Source: a virus
Taxonomy: Duplodnaviria; Caudoviricetes
DNA: 56,697 bases
Reading direction: 5' to 3' (one strand)
IMG/VR virus record: IMGVR_UViG_3300020171_002227
Coordinates: 1-56,697 of that record
The notes below the pieces were generated by a model. The model made no database searches, was not told where the DNA came from, and saw only the letters and a program-made list of their open reading frames with translations. Positions 49,901-56,697 of the stretch are shown here, in pieces (positions within the stretch are counted from its first letter, which is position 1; each line of letters begins with the position of its first letter). Both the position numbers and the translations under genes were made by a program.

Positions 49901-50685
49901 TTTATATCTTGATCAGTTGCTTTACCACTAGATATTTTTGCGTATGTTTCAAGTAAATCTTTTAATTCACGGCCTTCTTTAAACGTCTCCATATGCGCAT
50001 AAGAATCATTACCTACAACATCTTGTAAACTCTTAACATCCATTTTAGGCGCTTTTTGTTCGCGCTCAATCTGTTCACGTTTACTTTTATTACCAATCTC
50101 TTCAGTTTCGTAATACTTACCGCCTTTCTCACCGGTATAGACGTGTGAACCTTGCGGCGCATCCGCAGGATATTTAACATAAACTCTGGCTTTCTGAACT
50201 TTAATTCCTTTGGCTAATTTGTTTACGGAATCGATCAACGCTTCTTGGTTTGCCGGAGTTTCTACAATCGACCACTCCCAGTTTTCGATTCCGGTGAGGT
50301 TATTATAGCAGCCACGCTCTTGATCACATACGGGCGTCTTATCCGTAGCACGTCCTCCAAGTGAAAACCCGGTATATTGCTTATCAAGTATAGCTTGCCA
50401 GGTTTTATGATCGGTTTCATAATTACTAAAAATTTCAGCAGTAAGATAAAGTCCGGGTTGACCGCTGGGTGCCGTCTTATACTCAAACGCAACAATACGC
50501 CCCACGGGGTGATTGCTATGGGAATCGATTACTGGCGCGCCTCTCGCCATAAATATTTCCATAATACCACGATCACGGAATTCAGTTAATACATCAATGT
50601 AATCATTTTGGCGATCTACCACGGATATACTTCCCCACCCGCTGAAGAGTCTGCGATTTACATTATCTTTATTAATATTAACCAT
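46972..50685 (-). CDS. Prohead protease (HK97-type) fused to multiple cargo domains
   Basis: N-terminal FSGWGS…VDRQND…HSNHPVG…YTGFSLGG…EWSIVETPAN; then three tags, a duplicated domain and two HExxH domains. Confidence 0.88.
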   Translation of the reverse strand: MVNINKDNVNRRLFSGWGSISVVDRQNDYIDVLTEFRDRGIMEIFMARGAPVIDSHSNHPVGRIVAFEYKTAPSGQPGLYLTAEIFSNYETDHKTWQAILDKQYTGFSLGGRATDKTPVCDQERGCYNNLTGIENWEWSIVETPANQEALIDSVNKLAKGIKVQKARVYVKYPADAPQGSHVYTGEKGGKYYETEEIGNKSKREQIEREQKAPKMDVKSLQDVVGNDSYAHMETFKEGRELKDLLETYAKISSGKATDQDINRNFQFIQTNLPKIYQMYYFEGREDEVLAPDMVYALEHRKIAENIKKLINEFAQAKDRKDKTIAIDNFIGTAHTSGLDIIATLWLELWDTGREFSFIERTAKQYMDYLRGVVNTESEKKPPQIKVKSLEDVIGNESYNRMDKWREGRELKDLLNVYTKISTGTANDEEINRSFDFIDKRLPEVYNFYAWAARNLTDKDTVMRLPEFRAEHKEVADNVKKVQNIFAQVKDRKDKVIAIDNFMNTSHTSGDNIVARLWNAWRNVEEKHDPDFVWVSDIPDKYMDYLRSNIGKALVKAIPIQKYIRQCGDKFCVYSEAGKKLGTHPTKEDAHKQLYAIEINKYVTYRGGLLIDHDTEESVAPDGSRKPLTAKEHAEMVRTEEKLDNKKVQKAKIYVKQPSDAPPSVRLQEGKHGGHYYESLPSNISPITSEQNNNKINNLLSQSEKIEDVSELSKIGQLLASEVSQGRIKELKLYTDTQSNLGHFAQGVVFVEPNTYKSSTLAWKPAPMGEDPILNGQYLESKRKVPQMIETAIHEGFHQRFTNDAQRGHEAINKLKNINYGGDEFEGLIRLATFYIIAPEQLKNESPEQYKIVHDWLNESNIQKAKVYVKNPAEAPPGAKLQEGKHGGHYYETEASQTKPEAPKENQSDIIEPQKIQTYDELKATPYYKGSTEIYNDITKLSDKYDVFDMNAARILVSANDLPTDIGNKVIECSESFKYSSLKSDKPVIKFLGKTYIREFNWKDREGKDHTSTYGGCADYVSNEIHIYDDYEMAGIIHHEVGHFVYKQMMSSVDAIPDPSIKGIADIDSVDDYRKMVEILKTHKVLISSENIEKILDDINYARELGLMVDMHTNALTYYDKGYGALYGILHRLKENRDLNITLFEEKQWKKYRMLMKQEFKSNTLRNEWLDIWQTEGYQSKEYANRNNGETFAEFYQTVDRILRYSDDAKRASLTQLAANHPLKWSFFKKYVVRKWLK

Positions 50686-50712
50686 TTTTAATCTCTCGTA
50701 TCTATCATTATC

Positions 50713-50726
50713 AATTTCATTTATAA
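50713..50726 (-). promoter_or_regulatory. Putative late promoter motif TTATAAATGAAATT
   Basis: Exact copy upstream of the protease gene; back-to-back with a + strand TATAAATACTA at 50755. Confidence 0.7.
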
Positions 50727-50786
50727 ACTATAATAAATTTAATAGTAGAAAACTATAAATACTAATAAAACAATATGTAAACTACT

Positions 50787-51191
50787 ATGATAGCAAAAAA
50801 TGAACTTATGGAAGGAATAGAAATTTCAAAACCGTGTTGGGAACTTGAATATTGTCCATATGGCGCTTTAGTAGAAAATTCTGAACCAAAAGAAGAATTA
50901 ACAAGAGATACATGTTCAGTATTTGGACATATTTGTCCAGTATTTTCCTATGCAGAACCATTTATTGATGATGAAAACATTTATGATTTTGTAAAATTTA
51001 TTTCAATACCGGAACATGAATATCTTGTGGTTCCAATTGAAATAATGAATGAATATCCTGATGTAGAAAAAAGTATAAGTGAATATTCCTGGGAAGACGA
51101 TGGTTATTGGTATCTCGAAGAAGATAACGATGCAGAAATATTTATAAATGCTGCCAAGATAGATACCAATGAATTAGAAGTAATTGAGTAA
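50787..51191 (+). CDS. Acidic Cys-containing hypothetical protein
   Basis: KPCWELEYCPYG…CSVFGHICPVF; own TATA motif. Confidence 0.65.
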   Translation: MIAKNELMEGIEISKPCWELEYCPYGALVENSEPKEELTRDTCSVFGHICPVFSYAEPFIDDENIYDFVKFISIPEHEYLVVPIEIMNEYPDVEKSISEYSWEDDGYWYLEEDNDAEIFINAAKIDTNELEVIE

Positions 51192-51193
51192 AT

Positions 51194-51730
51194 TTATTTA
51201 CTCATTCTTTTTTTAATAATTTGTCCCGCTTTGGATTTTCCTTCATTGAATGCTGGTCGCATAAAAGGTTTCGGTTCCGTACCTTTTATTGCCATATTTT
51301 TTGCAATCGACCACGCAATACCTAAAATATCCGCGTTATAAGATTTACCATTCAACATGGTGTTTTTATTTTTGCGATAAGTCAACTTTAAGTCTGTTTT
51401 CTTGCGCCACAACCACGAATAAATTGCATCTATTGGCGGGAAATGTGGTGAGCTACCGAATTCTACGTAGCCGGCGTACAGGGCGCTATAACCTATTTCT
51501 TTATGTAAAAATTGTTCCTTGTCTACCACTAACGAATTTGCCAAGAAACCAGTATCGAAAGCGCCGTCTTCATCTCGTAAATTAGAATCGGATGTCGTAC
51601 CTATATAATCCGCAATATCGTTTAAGGCTTGATCCGATTTCTTCTCAATTGCTTTTTTAATTGCATCATATAATTTAATATTATTATCAAGTTTAATTAT
51701 CAATTTAGGCATCATAAGTATGTTTTTCAT
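51194..51730 (-). CDS. HK97 gp10-like neck/tail-completion protein
   Basis: DTGFLANSL…YAGYVEFGS…GTEPKPFMRPAF. Confidence 0.85.
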   Translation of the reverse strand: MKNILMMPKLIIKLDNNIKLYDAIKKAIEKKSDQALNDIADYIGTTSDSNLRDEDGAFDTGFLANSLVVDKEQFLHKEIGYSALYAGYVEFGSSPHFPPIDAIYSWLWRKKTDLKLTYRKNKNTMLNGKSYNADILGIAWSIAKNMAIKGTEPKPFMRPAFNEGKSKAGQIIKKRMSK

Positions 51731-51924
51731 TTTTAGAGCGATAACTATAAATACTCACAAGTACTTAGTAAGTTATTATGTCAGACATCAAATCAATACT
51801 CATTCATCTAACAAATGATGAATACAATTGTCTGATAGAAATAAAAGACAAACTAAAAATGTCATGGAAAAGATTATTAATATATCCATTCCATGATAAT
51901 ATAAAAACAAAGGAGAAATAAACA

Positions 51925-52320
51925 ATGGTAACAACAGTAGCAGGCGTTCACAATGGTGGCGCAGTATCAGTAGTATATAGCTTCCCAGTTAATGGTGAAG
52001 TTGCAATTGGGCAGACAATGATCAAATATACAGGAATGTTCCCGTCAGAGGAATCACTTCTGTCAATGGTTCGTGCAGAAACGAATTGTAAACAGACAAT
52101 GATTGTCTCCGCCGTGGTCGTTGATCAGGCATATCGTGAGAATAACTATACCTGTCCATCAGCACAGTTTATGGACGGCACTGAAGCTCCAGTAGAAGCC
52201 AAATATACAACCAATCACTATGAAGCCGCGAGACCAACAGTTCTTATGAATGGATTTAGTGTAAAAGCAAAAGTCCTTGGAATGAGACAGTTTGAAGTTA
52301 GTGGTGCTGGAAAAAACTAA
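51925..52320 (+). CDS. Hypothetical protein
   Basis: 131 aa, strong AAGGAG RBS. Confidence 0.65.
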   Translation: MVTTVAGVHNGGAVSVVYSFPVNGEVAIGQTMIKYTGMFPSEESLLSMVRAETNCKQTMIVSAVVVDQAYRENNYTCPSAQFMDGTEAPVEAKYTTNHYEAARPTVLMNGFSVKAKVLGMRQFEVSGAGKN

Positions 52321-52355
52321 TAGGGGAACAAGGATCGACACCGTCCACCAATAAG

Positions 52356-52646
52356 ATGGTGGAGGTTAAATCCCCAGAAGTCCCTATTGTAAAGGAGATC
52401 CCGACAATGATAGCACCAGATAACGCAGAATGTCCCAATAATGCAGACTATCCCGAAGAAAAAATAGTAGAAGAACATAACCCCAATTATGTGCCACTGT
52501 ATTTCTCAGCAATAGTATTTGCTCTTATCATACTCAGTTATATATACTGTGCTATGACAGGGCTTGAAGTCAATCTGTATAGAGAAATTGGTGCTATTAG
52601 CATCTCTGGAATAATTACAGCCGCATGCTGGTATCTGAATAAATAG
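52356..52646 (+). CDS. Membrane protein with two C-terminal TM segments
   Basis: Acidic P-rich N-terminus followed by hydrophobic helices. Confidence 0.55.
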   Translation: MVEVKSPEVPIVKEIPTMIAPDNAECPNNADYPEEKIVEEHNPNYVPLYFSAIVFALIILSYIYCAMTGLEVNLYREIGAISISGIITAACWYLNK

Positions 52647-52671
52647 AGTAAACTCTATTTATTATTTTTTT
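52638..52671 (+). terminator. Hairpin plus T tract
   Basis: AATAAATAGAG-TAAA-CTCTATTTATT followed by ATTTTTTT at the gene end. Confidence 0.6.
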
Positions 52672-53046
52672 CATAATTGTGAGGAAATATGAAAGTATAT
52701 CGCATATATATAGATATTTCAAATAAAAATGCAGCAGAAGAAATTTTGTTAGAATTTAATGAAAATTCTCAAGCACGATGGCACATGCTTGAATTAGATA
52801 CAGATACAAAAGAACAAACAAGAATTATTTAAATGAGGAATAAAAATGGATATATATAATTTCATGAATCAAAAATTATCCGCTGCAAAACGTAAAGAAA
52901 AAACTAATATAAACTTTCCATATTTAAATAGATTAATGGAAACAAGTACACAAAAATAGTCAGAAAAATCTATCGCGGAATGTAATTTTTTTCAATTTTT
53001 TCTTAATCAATAACTATAAATACTATTAAGATTAATATAACAATTA

Positions 53047-53379
53047 ATGATAAAGAATAAATCCTTAATTGTTATAATAATCATATTAGTATTATGTGAT
53101 ATTACAACAACTATAGTAGGTTTAAATATGGGATTAGTTGAATCTAACGTTATTACCCTTCAATTCTTAAATCAATTTGGAAATATTACCGGTCTTATTA
53201 TATCATCAATCCTGAAATTATCATTATTAATTGGAACTATATTAATAATTAATAAATTCAATATCATTATACCGCAAACGATCAAAAGTATTTGCATTAA
53301 CACCATCTTAATTATTGTAATAATTACAACATCACAAGCAATTTTAAATAATATCTTGTTAATTATAGTACTATTATGA
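53047..53379 (+). CDS. DUF5658-like membrane protein
   Basis: DITTTIVGLNMGLVESN motif, three hydrophobic helices, own TATA motif. Confidence 0.65.
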   Translation: MIKNKSLIVIIIILVLCDITTTIVGLNMGLVESNVITLQFLNQFGNITGLIISSILKLSLLIGTILIINKFNIIIPQTIKSICINTILIIVIITTSQAILNNILLIIVLL

Positions 53380-53815
53380 GATGGTAATACTTTACTATCA
53401 ATATAGAAAGGTATAAATACTATAAAGACTAATATAGGATTGAGCGTGATAAAACATGATAGAACTAAATCTGGAGATAGCAAAAGAACTTGCGCGAATG
53501 AACACGAACTATCAGGAAAATATATTTCCTATAATTCAACTACTCATGACAAGTAGGGCGGCGATGTAAAATGTCAACTAAAGCGAATGTAAAATCAAGA
53601 ACTAGAAAGACTCACACAAGAATACACAACCATCTTACTTTAAGTAAAACAGGATATAGACCGACAGGCACTAATACTACTGTAAATATTAAAATCGCTA
53701 AAAGAGGATAATCATGATCACAATAGAACAAATTAAAAAAAACCTATTACAAAATTGCGCTAATATGTCATTAAATATTTGTCCTGATTGTCCATCGAAA
53801 AAACAATGTTGTAAA

Positions 53816-54532
53816 TTAGCATATCAAAGATTTAATTCCAGAAATTAAATCTTCTTTTATTTTAGCTAATTTTCCACCTTTCTTTTTTAATTTATTATGA
53901 CATTCTAAACAATATGTAATTCCGTTATTTAAATCCCATAATATTTCACAATTTAAAGCATCTTCTATTTTTGTAATATTATATTCTTTAATAATTTCTT
54001 TGCGTGATTTAATATGATGAACTTCTAAATATGTTCCACGAATATTACAACATTGACAAGTAAAATTATCTCTTCCGAATATCTGGAATCTCCATTCTTT
54101 ATATTTATCAGAATTTCTTATTATATTATTCAATGTTGAAATACCGCCTTTCCAATTTGAAGATTTATCTCCTATAAGTAATTTAATAGCTTCAGATATT
54201 TTTCTTTTATGTTCTTCAGATTTTGGTTTACCTTTATGAATTTTAGATATTTTTTTTCGAGTTTCTTTAGATATTTCCCTTTTAGCTTCAGACATTTTTC
54301 TTTTAGTTTCTTCGGAAAGTATTTTACCTTTCTCACTTTCAGATATTTTTCTTTTAGTTTCTTCGGAATGTTTTTTACCTTTAAAACCATTATGTTCATT
54401 ATGTCCATTAATATATTTAGGTATGCCATCATATTTATGTGACGATTTTATAATAATTTCACCTTCACACCCGCAAGCGCAAATTATTTTAGGTTGACCA
54501 TCTTCTAACCATTTTATATAAGATGGATGCAT
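53816..54532 (-). CDS. Free-standing HNH homing endonuclease with NUMOD3 repeats
   Basis: CACGC, KHSEETKRKIS, RDNFTCQCC…LEVHHI…NGITYCLECH. Confidence 0.88.
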   Translation of the reverse strand: MHPSYIKWLEDGQPKIICACGCEGEIIIKSSHKYDGIPKYINGHNEHNGFKGKKHSEETKRKISESEKGKILSEETKRKMSEAKREISKETRKKISKIHKGKPKSEEHKRKISEAIKLLIGDKSSNWKGGISTLNNIIRNSDKYKEWRFQIFGRDNFTCQCCNIRGTYLEVHHIKSRKEIIKEYNITKIEDALNCEILWDLNNGITYCLECHNKLKKKGGKLAKIKEDLISGIKSLIC

Positions 54533-54534
54533 AT

Positions 54535-56697
54535 CTAAAACGCCCGAACGACGCCCGACCTACAGTTCGGGTGAGCAACCCAATTACGATATTCCCACTT
54601 AGGACCGTTATTTTTTACGCTCATTTCCTTAACGATAGAATTTAAACGGTCTAAACTAACACCTTTACCATTTCCCTCTAATTCAACTTGCTTTGCGATA
54701 TCCATACACGTTTTAGACGTTCGAGAATCACTTTTTACTGCCCACTTATATAAATTCTCACTATCGGGATCACTCTTTTTGAATGACATCTCTCTACCCG
54801 TCATCGCGGCTGCATGAACTTCGGTTTTCGCTATACGTTCCAGACGATATTTCTCAATATCTCCCGCTTCCCGCATCTCTTTTACCATATTTTGTGTAGA
54901 AAATGTCTTAGGATTTTTAAATCCAGCAGTAATGATCTCATTCATGCGTCCAGAAGTGGATTTTGATAAATTTTCATAAGAATCCCATAACGTATGACGA
55001 TCCGTAATCGATTTTAACGCCATAACATCAATTTTACTAAAATCTATCGCTTTTCCGACAAGTTCACCAACATATCTCTGACCTTCACGGTATGACATCT
55101 CAAGATGCCTACGAGTATGCGCTTCCATTTTGTAAATGGCATCATCCAAACATTTTTTAACAAAACGCTCTTGCTCTGCACCCGCAAATTTATCGGTACT
55201 ATTAAGTATTTTAGCAATTTCTTCTTCAAAAATTTTATTTAATTCATTTTTGAATTTTTTTACTTGATATGTGTCAGCTTCTTGCCCGTCATACTTTAGA
55301 ATTTCAAGTTCATCATCGTGGTTTTTTTTTAACTCAATGAACTTATCTTCCATCTTCTGTATATTAATGTTTATACTACGTCCACCAGCTTTATCCACTT
55401 CTTCAGGCTCGTCTCCAAGCATATCTCGATAGTTTGTATGCAAGCGTTGAATAAGTTGCCTGGTTTCGCTTAAATCGCTCTGTAACGATATCGAATGACC
55501 CGGATTTATATCTTTTGATTGCTTATATTCTTCAAGTAAGTTATCATAATGTTCGGTGGTATTATGTAATAACGCCTCAATACGTTTTCGCTTATTTTCG
55601 TCCGTTCTTGGCTGTAAATGTTGCATCGGGGTAGGTTTTTGCGTATCATAATAGTAAGATCCTCGTGGACTTCGCAACACTTTAACGCCCTGCGGCGCTT
55701 CTTTTGGATGTTTTACATAAATTCTTGCCTTTTGAATGCCCATTTTGATATCGCTATCATTAAAAGTGTCATTTTCATTACCTTGTTCTGGATTTGATGT
55801 AAATCCACCACCGGGTTCGTTAACACCACCATCGGGATTACCGAATCCGCCGGCACTTTGATCTTGCGACTCACCAGAATACTTAAAATCAAACACATCT
55901 TCTTCACCGAGATCAACCTTGAAGCCCATTTGCAACATTGATTGTGCAATACCAACTTTTGTCTGTTGTTCGTTCAATTCTCGCTGCTTATTTTCTTCAA
56001 ATGGCGATTGTAATACATATTTCCAATCGTTGACATTCAACCAATGTAATAATTCAGGCATTATATGATCGTTATATACTGCTATTCCTGATTCGGCAGC
56101 CATATTTGTAATATCAATTTGTGTTGAATCAGCATTAAGCCCGCCCGCACCCGCGGTATCACCAATAAATATATTCGTAACACCATACATGGACGCAATA
56201 GTCCTTCGGATTTCATCACGCACTGGTATATACTGCATTTCTTCAAGCGTATCCATGAACTTTATGAATTCCATACCCGATCCTGTCCCATTGCCCTCAC
56301 CCTCTAGGAACATTTTAGGGATATAATGCGGATCTTTATTTAATTTATCGTCAACATCTTTCCAAAATTCATACGCCGAATCAGGATTAGATGTTTTCAT
56401 GGCAAGAACGCCTTTAGGTAAATGTGCTTCGCTATATGATCGATAAATATACTCAACCATATTAGTTAATGTTAATGTATATTGCCACAATGTAACTATG
56501 GGCGAGAAACCATAAAGACTGCTAGGGGAGTATTTCGAATTACCACACCAAATATGAACGCCATTTCTTCTGACCATTATAACACTATTAGGTACGGTAC
56601 AACAGTAGACTTTTCCATTGTAATTTAATTTATTAATTACTTTAGTTTTAATTCCTGGTTCACCAGAATATTTTATAGTATCTATACCGGATATATT
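54535..56697 (-). CDS. Portal protein fused to a MuF-like head morphogenesis domain (5'-truncated, intein-containing)
   Basis: Frame is open to the window edge; LYGFSPI…PKGVL…EMQY…IASMYGV portal motifs; C-terminal RIAKTE…DSRTSKTC…HPNCRS (MuF). Confidence 0.85.
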   Translation of the reverse strand, partial: NISGIDTIKYSGEPGIKTKVINKLNYNGKVYCCTVPNSVIMVRRNGVHIWCGNSKYSPSSLYGFSPIVTLWQYTLTLTNMVEYIYRSYSEAHLPKGVLAMKTSNPDSAYEFWKDVDDKLNKDPHYIPKMFLEGEGNGTGSGMEFIKFMDTLEEMQYIPVRDEIRRTIASMYGVTNIFIGDTAGAGGLNADSTQIDITNMAAESGIAVYNDHIMPELLHWLNVNDWKYVLQSPFEENKQRELNEQQTKVGIAQSMLQMGFKVDLGEEDVFDFKYSGESQDQSAGGFGNPDGGVNEPGGGFTSNPEQGNENDTFNDSDIKMGIQKARIYVKHPKEAPQGVKVLRSPRGSYYYDTQKPTPMQHLQPRTDENKRKRIEALLHNTTEHYDNLLEEYKQSKDINPGHSISLQSDLSETRQLIQRLHTNYRDMLGDEPEEVDKAGGRSININIQKMEDKFIELKKNHDDELEILKYDGQEADTYQVKKFKNELNKIFEEEIAKILNSTDKFAGAEQERFVKKCLDDAIYKMEAHTRRHLEMSYREGQRYVGELVGKAIDFSKIDVMALKSITDRHTLWDSYENLSKSTSGRMNEIITAGFKNPKTFSTQNMVKEMREAGDIEKYRLERIAKTEVHAAAMTGREMSFKKSDPDSENLYKWAVKSDSRTSKTCMDIAKQVELEGNGKGVSLDRLNSIVKEMSVKNNGPKWEYRNWVAHPNCRSGVVRAF
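56539..56697 (-). mobile_element. C-terminal end of an intein in the portal protein
   Basis: YNGKVYCCTVPNSVIMVRRNGVHIWCGN followed by Ser(+1): intein blocks F and G. Confidence 0.88.

Noticed and set aside
1-56697. tRNA/rRNA genes, integrase, terminase, DNA polymerase, diversity-generating retroelement
   Set aside because: None recognisable in this window; terminase and polymerase probably lie outside it, and no reverse transcriptase or TR/VR pair was seen.

Overview
AT-rich fragment of a tailed dsDNA virus genome (Caudoviricetes, siphovirus-like), most likely infecting an anaerobic archaeon. The host call rests on BRE/TATA promoters, GGTGA/GGAG ribosome-binding sites, an ERCC4 nuclease, a class III RNR and a bulge-helix-bulge (BHB) intron. 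Positions 1-10.2 kb (+ strand) hold DNA and nucleotide metabolism genes: MTase, ERCC4, ThyX, kinase, phosphoesterase, NrdD and an SNF2 helicase. Positions 10.2-56.7 kb (mostly - strand) hold the morphogenesis module, read from the right end: intein-containing portal-MuF fusion, giant prohead-protease polyprotein, effector-like genes, scaffold, major capsid protein (MCP), a ~16 kb glycosylation island, and neck and tail genes. Eight free-standing HNH-type genes and several + strand early cassettes are interspersed. Main finding 1: the MCP gene is split by a 746-nt intron (40181-40926) bounded by a canonical archaeal BHB motif. Cleavage by the tRNA-splicing rule restores the frame exactly (…TTGVY|NPIFG…), and the intron encodes a Vsr/DUF559-type endonuclease. 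Main finding 2: a ~30-aa module (K-A-K/R-V/I-Y-V-K-x-P-x-x-A-P…G-x-x-G-G-x-Y-Y) recurs 7 times in front of unrelated cargo domains (metallopeptidases, ADP-ribosyltransferase, zeta-like kinase, MuF), suggesting a tag-based system for loading effectors into the head. All functional calls come from reading motifs by eye; no searches were run.
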